A stretch of DNA of 63,827 nt, the filler included, from Folioceros fuciformis (lineage: Eukaryota): the NCBI GenBank assembly GCA_049999805.1. It is 10 parts of 10 records of this genome, joined end to end, with 100 filler letters (N's around TTAATTAATTAA, not from the genome) between each part and the next. Parts side by side here need not be neighbours in the genome. Positions count along the whole stretch, not along the records: positions 1 to 6,526 come from JBNGIO010003225.1; positions 6,627 to 14,999 come from JBNGIO010003227.1; 8 more parts are not named here. One strand, 5' to 3'. A program made the position numbers and the translations under genes. The notes below the pieces were generated by a model. It was not told the DNA's origin. It made no database searches and was given only the letters and a program-made list of their open reading frames with translations. Shown piece after piece: positions 1-11,200 of the stretch (position 1 is its first letter; every line of letters starts with the position of its first letter).

Positions 1-3000
1 GATCAGGCATGGTACCTTCAGAGTAGATGGCTGAAGTCTTTGAGACCAAGGGACTCCATGTGAAATCTGTGCTTCAGCTTAGGCAGTGCCTTTGCCGAAA
101 TATCTGCCGTGTTCTTAGCTGTAGACACATAGGTTACCTTGATTACTCCTCTTGATATAGTGTCCCTAATGTAGTGGTGCTTGATCTCAAAATGCTTCGT
201 CCTTGCATGGAAACGTGGATTGGCGACCAAGCAATTACTGAGCTATTGTCACATTGAAGAACAGTGAGTTCCAGTTGCTCAACATGAAGGTCTTTCAAAT
301 AAGCACGCTCCCACTCAGCCTCCTTTGCGGAATCTGTGAGTGAAATATATTCTGCTTCAGTCGATGATAATGCAATTGACTGTTGTTTCTTGCAAGACCA
401 ATTTACTGCTCCACCAGCTAGGAGAAAGTAGTATGTGGAAAGGCTCTTCCTTGAGTTTGAGTCCGAAAACCCAATCAGCGTCGGTGTAGGCTGATAACTT
501 GAGGCATGAGGATGACCCAACTTCGTAGAAGAGTCCAACTATTAGAGTACCCTTAAGGTCATGGTAAATTTGCTTCACGGCTGCCCAGCTTTTCCAGGAA
601 CTGTGATACAGCACTAACTGCGAAGGCAATGTTCGGCCTTGTCCAATTGGAGATGAAAATTAGGCAGCCTACTGCATGCCTGTAAGGTATTTTCTCCATG
701 TCGGCAATTTCTTCATCAGAGGTGGCACACTGGTCAACTGTTAACTTCATTCCCATAGAGCCTGGAGTCGAGACTAGACGTGCTTGATCAAGTTGAAACC
801 TCTTCAAAATTTCAGTCAGGTATCTCTTCTGATGTATAACAATCAAACCTATTTCTCTGCGACGTAGCACCTGAGCACGTAGACAGAAATTTAACTCTCC
901 CACATCCTTCATCTCAAATTCAGTTCTAAGTAGGTCTTTAACAATTTCTAATATTGATGTGTCTGTGCAGGCAAAGATGCAGTCATCCACATAAATGGCT
1001 AAGATGCAAAACGCTGAACCATCTACCAGATAGTACACTGAGGAGTCTGCAGCACTCTGAACAAAACCTAGCTTCTTAAGATGAGTATCCAACCTTTTGT
1101 TCCAAAGCATGGCACTTTGCTTTAGGCCATACAGGGCCTTTAGGAGTTTGAGTACCTTTCGAGGCCATTGCTTGTTGACATAACCTTGTGGTTGTTCCAT
1201 GTATATTGCCTCTTCTATTTCTCCATGTAAAAATGTTGTGCATACGTCGATTTGGTGCAGTTCTAAGTTGAGTTCAGTAGCAATAGCGAGGATAATTCTG
1301 ATACTTTGTGCTCTCTAACTATAGGAGAAAAAGTCTCCTGGTAGTCAAGGCCTGCCACTTGACTTAACCCCTGAGCACAAAGCCGAGCCTTGTAACGGGC
1401 AATTTCTCCTTCGGCATTCAACTTGGTTTTAAACACCCATTTATAGCTTACTGGTTTTCGGCCTTCTGGCAAGTTTGTAAGTAACCAAGTATTATTCTGA
1501 TAACGGATTGATACTCCTCCTCTATTGCAGCTTGCCAGTGATGGGCATTGGGGCTTGAGTAAGCTTCATCCATAGAAATAAGGTCAAGATGGAGAAGAAC
1601 ACTCCCACTGGCAGCCATGTGAGCAGAATGCTTGTTGCGGAAGTGAATGGACTGGTACGGTGGGTCTGTCCATTGATCTTAAGGGACTCGTGCTCTCAAG
1701 TTGTAACAGGGAGGTTGTACGGCCTCGGCAAGAGGTAAGTCCTCCTCCTCTAAATCAGTAGGGGTAGCCTGATTTTTGGGGAGCTCAGGAGGCACATGTT
1801 GCAAGGCATAGTCAACATTCTGGTCGGGAAAAGGGATGTCAGTAACAGGCTCATGGATAGGGAGAAGAGCAAGATCTGCGGGGTCTGGAAGTTGTAAACC
1901 AGGAGGTGGTGGTGAGGAGGTGGTGGTGTGGGTGCGGAATCAAGGGCACCACCCTAAGGAAATGTGGTTGGGGGAGTGGCAAAAACATTTGTCATGGATA
2001 ATTCATCATCTGAGGAATCAGCATCAGAATCTGGATGGACACCAGCGCTTGGAGTGGCAGAATGGAATAGTTCTTTGAAGACAACACTGCGTGCAAGAAC
2101 AGGGGTAAGTGTAGAAGGATCTATCAACTTATATGCCTTAGCTTCATCTCCATAGCTTACAAAGATCAAAGCTTGTGATCTATTGTCAAGTTTCTGACGT
2201 TTTTCTGGTGGGATGTAGGCATATGCAGGGGAACCAAAAACCCAAAGGTGCAAAATGCTAGGCTTCCGTCCCCATAACATTTCAAAAGGAGTTTTACCTT
2301 GAAGTGAGGTTGTGAGCAGACGGTTGAGGATGTAAGTGGTAGTTGCGAGGGCCTCTGCCCAGTACTCTACAGGCAGAGATGCCCGACTAAGCATGTTGCG
2401 GGTCATTCCCATGAGGGTTTGGTTCTTTCTCTCGGCAACCCCGTTTTGCTGAGGGGTGTAAGCAACAGTAAGTTGACGTAGGACACCATGATCCTGGACG
2501 AAGGCATCAAAGGTATTGTTGCAAAATTCAATTCTGTTGTCAGTACGCAAGCATTTGAGCAGGCAGCCAGATTGTCTCTGGGCCATGATAAACCACTCTT
2601 TAAAACATAGAAATGTTTCACTTTTACGAGACATAGTATATGTTTAGGTGAACCGGCTGAAGTCATCTGTTATTGTAAGGTAGTATAAAGCTCCTCCTAA
2701 AGATTGTGTTTGTGAAAGTTTGAGATGTCATCGTGAACAAGATCAAGCAGGCCTGAAGTTCTGTAGGCGTGATGTGGGAACGACTTCTCCTTCTGTTTGG
2801 CCAATAGGCAAGCTTCACATATAGGTAGGTCTTTGAAACAAGAAGGTAGAGGCTTTACATAGCAGTCTTGTGTCGACATCTTTATGAGTGAATTTTTATT
2901 GACATGTCCAAGGCGGGCATGCCATAACTTGGCCTGTTCACTGGCAGGCAAATGAGTTGGAGAAGTTGATGTGATAATTGGCGATGCAAAAGATGACTCA

Positions 3001-5574
3001 CAAACCACGTCCAGGTGATATAGCTCCGAATTGGGAACACCATGGCCAATGCAATGCTCACTTGAGGTACGTCGAAAAACTTCACATGTGGTGCCATATA
3101 AGCGGAACTCCAGATTGTGGTGAATTGCCAGGAGCCTAACTGACATGAGGTTCTTGGCCATGCCAGGGATATACAGAATGCTTGGCACATGCAGCACTGA
3201 ATTGTTAGTCACGACAAAGCGATAAGTACCATATCCTTTGATGGGTAAGCTTGTTGATCGCTGCTCATCTCCAAGCAAAACAGTCTGAGTGGAATGTGTG
3301 AGTTCTTTGAAACTGCTGAACAACTGTTTGTCTTTGCAGATGTGCGCTGTCGCGCCATAATCTAAGTACCAATTGCTAGGATCACTCGATGAAGATGACA
3401 AGCAGATGGTAAGGATCTTCACCACTGCCTTGTTGTTCTCATGTTGAGATCTTTCCTTGCAATTGAATTGACTTCAGGCTTGGGACGAAGGGGCTCGCCA
3501 GCTTTCTTTTTGCAACAGTCCCCCTCTCAATGACCTGGGATGTTGCACCAATTACAGTTGCCAAGTTTCTTTGTAGAAGAGGTACCTTTAGTGGAGGGTT
3601 GTGGGCGAAAAGGTGGTCAACCTCCTCCTCTGCCTCTCCCTCTCCCATAACCTCCACGTTGACGTGAGGTGTAGAGAACTCTGTCGGTACGCATCTTACT
3701 AGAGCCACTCGAGTTGTTTCAAAGTCAGCTTTGCTCCTCTTGATGAAGGGCAGCAATTACATTCTCTAGGGAATAATGGCCAGGTTGAACAGGTGCGATG
3801 TTCTGACCAGCAGTGGCCAGTGGACCATTTTGCAGTGATACAAAGGTCTAATATGATGTAGGAAGTGTGAGCAGGAGATAGGCCACAGCATCCTCATCAA
3901 CCATAGTAGAGTTCAGTTGAGCAAGGCGGGATTGAAGTTTGGTGAAACTTGCTGGTGTGGGCAGCCACACTTTCACCCTCTTGCATTTTCCAGGTATAGA
4001 ACTCTTGTGTTACTGTGCACTTGGTAAGCATCGTCTTGACAGCATATGTATTCGTGAGCTGACTCCAAATTTGGTGTGCCTCTGTAAGATAAGAACGTCG
4101 GGAATCAACACTTCGTCAAGGCCTGTAATCAAGAAGGCAACAACAACGTTGTTCATTGTGTTCCATTTGTCTACATCAGCTTGTGTAACTGTGGTTCCAG
4201 TTCCAGCGGCAACAATTGTCCCAGCAGCTAGAAGCAAGAGCTCTACGTATGTGCCGTCGATGACTGTCCACACGCCTCTTGCACGCAAGGTAGTTTGCAT
4301 TCGAACTCTCCAAACTTCGAACTTAGTGCCATTGAATCTTTCTTGGCCTTTCAGATCTGTTGTGAATGTAGGAGTGGTTGAGGTCATGCTGACTATAGAA
4401 TTTGGCTGCATAGGAGGGATTGGTGGAGATACCGAAAGCATAGGGGATGGATTAGGTGGTGGACTAGGAGGGGGAGTCCCAAGCTCACGTCAACGACGAA
4501 TGTAGGGAGACAAGGGAAAACTCAACAGATGGTCTCTTGAAGACATACAACAGGAAATCCACCACCAGACAGGTAAGAACAGTTAAGTCTGAAAAACCAT
4601 TTTAGGGTTTGGTGAACCTCTCAGCAGAAAAAGCCTAACTTAAACTACTAACTTCTTTTCTAGGGCATGATTGGCTTCAGCGGAAACGGTTAATAACCGC
4701 CTGTAAAGCACTAGCGGAAGCAAGGGGGCAAGAAGGCCATGAATTTCACAAGACATCTAAAAACAAAGATGCCTACACTATAAAAGGTTACAATGTTAGT
4801 TCAATCTGATTGCTCCTCGTTAGAGGAGTGAAGGGTCAAGTTCAAAATATGCAATTGTCTAGAAAGTTGACTAATTTCAACTGAAAACTTAGAAATTATT
4901 TTCTGAATTTTAAAATCTGTAGAATCCAGCCGCTTAGAGAATGTCTCTTGTCTTTGGACAATAGCATTCAGAGTACCTTCTAGAATTTGTACCTCTGATT
5001 CAAAATTCAAAGAATCACTTGCAGATGTACTGGTTGTCTCGGTAAGTGGTTGTGGTGCTGAGATTGGCCGTTTCAAAATTGGATTCGCTGAGCAGGGATT
5101 CTTCTTAAACAAGCGCCCATAATTGCAGCACGGAAGAATAGTGCCAATTATAGTTGATCGTCGATGCTGATTATTACGGCCTTGGGTGCGCCAGTAATTA
5201 TTAAGAATTAAGAGATCACGCTCAGCTTTAGTTTCTGCTCCAGTCCACGGGATGCTGGTTGAAATGCTCGAAGTGTGGATTGAGGAAAACAGGTCTAGAT
5301 AAAGACATTTAGCAATGAACGAGAACGATCTGAGAGCTGAGCAAACGCACGCGTGAGAGCACATAGAAAGAAGTGATAGTTAAAGGTTCAATAAAAGTAC
5401 ATGAACCAAGTGTGTAGAGAAGTAACCGCCTATGACCTAACTGAAAACATTATAAAATTATTATAAACTTGCTTAACCTAATGAAGTGCTAATAGGTTTT
5501 TGGCTACCTAGCCCTAGAAGCAATTAAATATTAATAAACCCCGAGTAGGTATGACCTAAAACGGGTTTCCAATA
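1..5574 (-). mobile_element. Ty1/copia LTR retrotransposon A, decayed (gag-PR-IN-RT-RNaseH)
   Basis: Fragments run in copia order on the minus strand: gag from ATG 4546 (ERFNGTKFEVWRVRM), zinc knuckle near 3520-3560, protease WYLDYGATAH, GAG-pre-integrase LWHARLGH, integrase YTPQQNGVAER, RT KARLCAQG / LYGLKQS / IYVDD, RNase H FHARTKHFEIKHHYIR (stop at 18). Many stops and frameshifts. LTR boundaries are uncertain and no canonical PBS was found. Confidence 0.95.
4801..5364 (-). CDS. Accessory ORF (187 aa) upstream of gag in copia A; C-terminal coiled coil
   Basis: Uninterrupted ATG-initiated ORF ending 255 bp before the gag ATG. Clear heptad pattern in VQILEGTLNAIVQRQETFSKRLDSTDFKIQKIISKFSVEISQLSRQLHIL. 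Confidence 0.5.
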   Translation of the reverse strand: MCSHACVCSALRSFSFIAKCLYLDLFSSIHTSSISTSIPWTGAETKAERDLLILNNYWRTQGRNNQHRRSTIIGTILPCCNYGRLFKKNPCSANPILKRPISAPQPLTETTSTSASDSLNFESEVQILEGTLNAIVQRQETFSKRLDSTDFKIQKIISKFSVEISQLSRQLHILNLTLHSSNEEQSD

Positions 5575-5584
5575 CGCCCCCTCA
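5575..5584 (-). other. Polypurine tract-like motif followed by an LTR-like start
   Basis: Minus strand reads TGAGGGGGCG-TATTGGAAA. The PPT/LTR junctions at 32559-32575 and 58007-58022 read TGAGGGGGAG-TGTT. Confidence 0.6.
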
Positions 5585-6526
5585 GACCTACTCTTATAAA
5601 AACGGGTGTACACAAGAAACAGGCTTGAGGCTAGGTTGAAAGGTAGCGCGCCATCTCCAAATTTCAGAATCCCACTGTCCCAGGCACTCAACGATCACAG
5701 ATGCATACGCCCTGATGGCAGCTCACCTGCTAGAGTTCATTGTAGCAGTAATGCTAGCTGTATGGATTCTGCTCCCGCCTCAGCCCGTGCTAGTTTCCCT
5801 GATTAGATTCGCATGATGATTCATCCAGGGCTGATTCTGATCCTGTTGCATATTGCTTGCAGTTGGAGCGCCCGAGGTGATCATGTGCGTTACACACAGG
5901 AGCTGTGCGATAAGAGGGTGCTCTAATGCTGCTGGAGACTGATGCTTCAGGGAACTGAAGTCTTCGAAGAAGTTTTACTGGTTGCCCCCTCAAGAGAAGT
6001 GTTCTGTAGGCCGAGGGAGCCTCGATGCTGATCATGTGTTGTCTTGGGAAGCCCTTTGGTCAAGACATCAGCTACATTCGATGTTGTGTGCATATATTTT
6101 AGCAGTATGGCGCCCATAGCTATGGCTTGTCTAATAAAATGAAACTGTATCTCTATGTGTTTAGACCTAGCGTGTAGAATAGGATTAGCTGTGAGTGCGA
6201 TGGCTGATTGATTATCGCACTGAAGGACTGTTGGGTTTGGCTGTGACCAGTGGATGCCCTCAAGGAATTGTCTAACCCATAAAATCTCACGTGCAGCTAG
6301 GGATAAGGCCCCATATTCAGCTTCGGTTGATGAGAGGCTTACAGTAGTGAGCTTTTTAGATTGCCAGCTTATGGCTGACCCACACAGAATGAGACAATAG
6401 GCTGCTATGGATTTTCTAGAGTCAACGTCCCCTGCCCAATCTGCATCAGAGTATGAGGTAAGGGTGGTGCTGTTGGCTGATGAATACTTAAGGCTAAAAT
6501 GCTGAGTGCCCTTAAGGTATCGGAGA

Positions 6527-6626
6527 NNNNNNNNNNNNNNNNNNNNNNNNNNNNNNNNNNNNNNNNNNNNTTAATTAATTAANNNNNNNNNNNNNNNNNN
6601 NNNNNNNNNNNNNNNNNNNNNNNNNN
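6527..6626. other. Artificial contig linker (N44-TTAATTAATTAA-N44)
   Basis: Identical 100-nt linkers also at 15000-15099, 25686-25785, 29013-29112, 38991-39090, 48183-48282, 52903-53002, 56197-56296 and 62501-62600. The core puts stops in all six frames. Confidence 0.99.
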
Positions 6627-8653
6627 AGTCCCTGTTCTACACTGTGCTGAAATTGTGTACAGCCAAGAGGGATTTGGTTGTGGGGCGACGGGTCCATGAT
6701 CTCATTGTCAAACTTGGATACGAGTCGAGTGCTTACTTGGGGAACCATATCTTGCGTATGTATGCTGCTGGAGGTAGGCTGGAGGAGGCCATGGATGTGT
6801 TCACCAGGGTGCGCAAACCAGATGCTTTCATGTGGTTTTCCATCTTATCCGCATATGCTAAGCAAGGGAAACCCAATGAAGCTATACAACTGTTTCATGA
6901 GATTCGTAGGTCAGGAGTTAAGGCTGATGCTCACGTCTTCGTAGCTGCCCTTCAGGCGTGTGCATTTGCTGGGGACTTGGAATCTGGCAGAAAAGTGCAC
7001 CACGAGGTGGTGCAGAGTGGCATTCCTATTAACTTGTTTGTTGGCAGCGGCCTGGTGGACATGTACGCGAAATGTGGCCAACTGAAAGATGCACGCCAGG
7101 TTTTTGACAGCATGACCACAAAGGATGTGGTGACATGGACAGCGCTGATCGCTGGGTATGTACAGCTAGGACTCGGCCAGGAGGCGCTTCTTGTGTATGG
7201 ACGAATGGAGCGGGAGAGCCTCATTTTGCCTGACCGTGTTACTTTTGCTTGCCTTCTGAATGCGTGTGCAAGTACTGGTGCCTTACAAAAGGGCAGGCAG
7301 CTGCACTCACAGATTGTGAAAAGAGGACTGCTGGATGACGTAGTGTTAGGCAACTGCCTGGTCGATATGTATGCAAAATGTGGCGAACTGAACGATGCAC
7401 GTCAGGTTTTTGACAGCATGGCCAGAAAGGATGTGGTCACATGGAATGCCCTGATTGCAGGGTATGCGCAGCAAGAGCTCGGACATGAGGCGCTTCTTGC
7501 CTACGGACTAATGGAGCAGGAGGGCCTGAATTTAGCTAACGATGTTACTTTTGCCTGCCTTTTGAAGGCGTGTGCAAGCGCTGGTGCCTTACAGAAGGGC
7601 AGGCAGCTGCACTCACAGATTGTCGAGAGAGGATTATTGAATAACGTAGTGTTGGGCAACTGCCTGGTGGACATGTACGCAAAATGTAGCGAACTGAAAG
7701 ATGCACGCCAGGTTTTTGACAGCATGCCCAGAAAGGATGTTGTGACATGGAATGCCCTGATCACTGGGTATGGTGCTTGTGATGAAGGTCAGAAGGCACT
7801 AACTTGTTTCGAGGAGATGATAGTTGCAGGTTTTCAGCCTAATAATGCTACTCTTTCTTGCCTCTTAGTGGCATGCAGTCACGAGGGACTGGTCCAGGAG
7901 GGTCGCAACCACCTTGATTCCATGGCTGAACAATATGGCATCGAACCTACGATGGAGCACTACACATGCATGATCGATATTCTTGGGCGTGCGGGCCATT
8001 TAGATGAGGCAGAGAACTTGTGGCTATCACGCAAGGGCCAGACTGATATCGTGGCATTGAAAACTTTGTTGAATGCCTGCAAAAGTCACGGGGATATAGA
8101 GAGGGGAGAGCGGTGTTTTGAAAGCATCGTCAGGATGGACCCCCAGGATGGGCCAGCGTATGTGCTCATGGCCAATGCCTATGCAGATGCAGGTAGGTGG
8201 ACCGATGTAGATAGAATTGAAACACAGAGAAAGGTAGCAGGAGCTCACAAGAAACCAGCAGTGGCAACCATTGAGGTGAAAAAGGAAGTTCATAGATTTG
8301 TGGTGGGAGACAGACACGATAATATTGCACTTCAGGTAGACCGGACGAATGCACGTCTGAAACAGGAAGGAGGCCACGTACCCCACACGAAGTTGGTGTT
8401 GAAGCCAATTTCTGAGAAGGACAAGGAAGATGTGCTTTGTGGGCACGCTGAGAAGCTAGCTCTGGCGTTTGGTCTCTTGAACACTCCGAGTGGGACGCCT
8501 CTGATGGTAACCAAGAACCTACGCATGTGCAGTGACTGCCACAGTTCCACCGAGATCATGTCAAGGCTTGAGCAGAGAGACATTGTTGTGAGAGATGGGT
8601 ACCGTGTGCATCGATTCGCAGGTGGTCGTTGCAGTTGCAAGGGTCGACCCTGA
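6627..8653 (+). CDS. PLS-class PPR protein with E1/E2 and DYW:KP (GRP-type) deaminase-like domain; 5' truncated by gap
   Basis: P-L-S triplets (LVDMYAKCG..DARQVFDSM..KDVVTWNALI), P2-L2-S2, E motifs, KKPAVATIEV in place of the PG box, zinc ligands HAEKLA and CSDCH, C-terminus CSCKGRP*. No intron in the visible part. Confidence 0.96.
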
Positions 8654-8980
8654 GAAAAATGAACCAGGTACATGGCCAGTGCCCAAGTGTGTACACCAGG
8701 GAATACCGCCCTTCGGAGGTGAAGTGCTTCGTCAACTGGATCCCACTCCACCTTGAAACACGGACACATCACTAAATCTAACCCACATTCCAACACGGAT
8801 GGAACAAGACTCGGATGAATCACTTACGACATTTTTAAAACAGATTAGCTCAGGGTTAGGGCTTTAGGTCGTTGCTCATTAGATGTAAACCCCATGGGGC
8901 TTGCCATCATTCGAAGTTCTTAGGTCCTATGCGATGATGCTCCTAGTGATGCACCCTTCGAAGAGATAGTCTCTCGGTAT

Positions 8981-9255
8981 ATCATAGACCTTTTGAAAAG
9001 ATGAGTCCCCAACTCTCACTTGGTATCATCATAGACCTTTTGAAAAGATGATTCCCCAACTCTCACTTGGTATCATCATAGACCTTTTGAAAAGATGAGT
9101 CCCCAACTCTCACTTGGTATATCATAGACTTTTCGAAAAGATGAGTCGCCACCTCTCACTCGATATCATAGTAGACCTTTCGAAAAAATGAATCCCCAAC
9201 TCTCACTCGGTATCATCATAGACCTTTCAAAAAGATAAGTCCCCAACTCTCACTC
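8981..9255. repeat. Tandem repeat, about 47-bp unit x6
   Basis: Unit ATCATAGACCTTTTGAAAAGATGAGTCCCCAACTCTCACTTGGTATC; copies diverge toward the right. Confidence 0.95.
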
Positions 9256-9284
9256 ATTCCTTCAATTGAACTCGAAACCACCAT

Positions 9285-9495
9285 TGCTATAGGGGATTGA
9301 GACAGCCTTAGGAGAGTAGCTAGGGTTGGAGATGTTGGTCAGCTATGGGGGATTGAGGTAGCCCTAGGAGCAGCTGGAGATGCTGGACATCCACTGCTGT
9401 GGGGGATCGAGGCAGCCCTAGAAGCAGTTGGAGATATTAGAGCCCATTGATATTGGGGACTAAGGCAGCCCTTGGAGGAGTTGGACATGCTGGAC
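9285..9495. repeat. Degenerate tandem repeat, about 54-bp unit x4
   Basis: Recurring GCTATGGGGGATTGAGGCAGCCCTAGGAGCAGTTGGAGATGCTGG-like units. Confidence 0.75.
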
Positions 9496-10149
9496 TGGAC
9501 CTGCAATGAATCATGCGAGGAATAGTAGTAGACACAGCTAGCTCGATGGCTAGCAAAGTTGTAGTGGGTGAGGCAAGGGCATAGTATGGCATGTAAATGT
9601 TCTTGTTTTCAGGAGGTTGAATTCCTCTTCATATACAATCCAGAAGCTTGTGGAACCCCCTTTAATTTTAGCTCTATTCCTTTCATTCACTCATATTTCA
9701 TTTGATCCAAACATAAGGCCAATTGGTTCTCACCGATACACTTAAATACAATATTTATCTTGTAGCTAAATAATCCGCAAAACACACATTCTAGTTTCCT
9801 CTTTCACCAAATACTCTTCTTACATTATATGTTTACAAAAAATGATGATTGTTACCTAAGATGTTTTTTTAAATTCAGCATACATAGAACACTAGGTCTC
9901 CAAGTAAGCCTCCAAGCAGCATGCTCTCCTTTCCAAAGAAGACTCACAGACAACATCCATCCTTGTCGCTACTCTTTATTCCATAACCACGGGTAAACAT
10001 AGTCGAAGGGTTAGAGAGAACCTTTTAGGATTCTCTCTAACCCTCTACTTATCCAAGCTTTTAGTAAGTTTCTCCACTAAACATGCTTCTTTGCATAGCA
10101 CTTTAATCAGCTTCGTTGTAATTATTTTTATTTATTTTATAATTAAAAT

Positions 10150-10205
10150 TTATTATTAGTATTATTAGTATTATTAGTATTATTAGTATTATTATTATTA
10201 TTATC
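10150..10205. repeat. (TATTATTAG)n/(TAT)n microsatellite
   Basis: Directly visible. Confidence 0.9.
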
Positions 10206-10819
10206 TATATTAGGGATTTAAAACCCGAGCTACCAATAGCACGTAAGCAACAACAATAAAGAGCAAACAAGAAAGAACTACCAATAGCATGTAAGCTACA
10301 ACAACAAAGAACAAATAAGAGAGCTAAGTAGAAGACTTCGAGACACTCACTAATGATAGATAATGGAATAAGTCTTGACTAGACCCTTTATATATGCTAT
10401 AAAGACTATAGCATTAAGATGTAGACCTTAAGTATTTAGGGTTGGTATATTACCATAAATGTTAGTATGCATGGTTGCCACTAAGCTTAAACTTACTATT
10501 TTTGTCATCTCATTCTTACAATGGTAATGACTATATCTAATATGACACGGTCAATTGAAATGACTATCTCTAATAGGGTGCATCAATTGAAATAATCTCG
10601 AAGAATAAAATGTGACAGCTAGACAGGAATACAGATGACTATCTCATCTTGGACCAAGGTCTTACAACTCAATCTTCACATGATGACTAAGCTTATCTAT
10701 GTGTATATGGCCTCCAACCCTTAATGATCTTGTCATCCATGTTATAGCTTGTATAGAATGGCTTAGTGACCTAAGTTATATGGACACACATTTGTAAGAT
10801 TGTAGTGATAAAGTATCAT

Positions 10820-11200
10820 GTGCTTGGATTGTCCTTAGATGGACTGCCACAAGGAAGGATGTTCTTGATGGACTTGGATTTGTACTTAGATAGATGAGGT
10901 GCCTAATAGTAAAGGAAAGGATATTCTTGGTTGGCTTGGGTTGGTACTTAGATGTGTGCTTTCAAGGAAGGATGCCCTTGCTTGGTGGATTTGGTTGGGG
11001 GCTCCCTAAGGGTGGTTGGCTTGGATTGGTACCTAGATGGGGTGCTTAAAGGCAAAGATGTCGTAGATTGACTGGGATTGGTACTTATATGGGGTGCCTG
11101 GAAGGAAGGATGCCTTGGTTGGCTTGGATTGGCACTTACATAGATGTGTCAAGGAAAAGATGTCTTTCCTTGGCTTCGATTGGTACATACTTAGATGGGG
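10820..11200. repeat. Degenerate tandem repeat, about 50-bp units
   Basis: Repeated AAGGAAGGATG...TTGGCTTGGATTGGTACTTAGATG motifs. Confidence 0.7.

Noticed and set aside
8981-9255. CRISPR-like appearance of the 47-bp array (also the 31-bp and 33-bp arrays)
   Set aside because: Units are contiguous with no unique spacers, there are no cas genes, and the context is eukaryotic.
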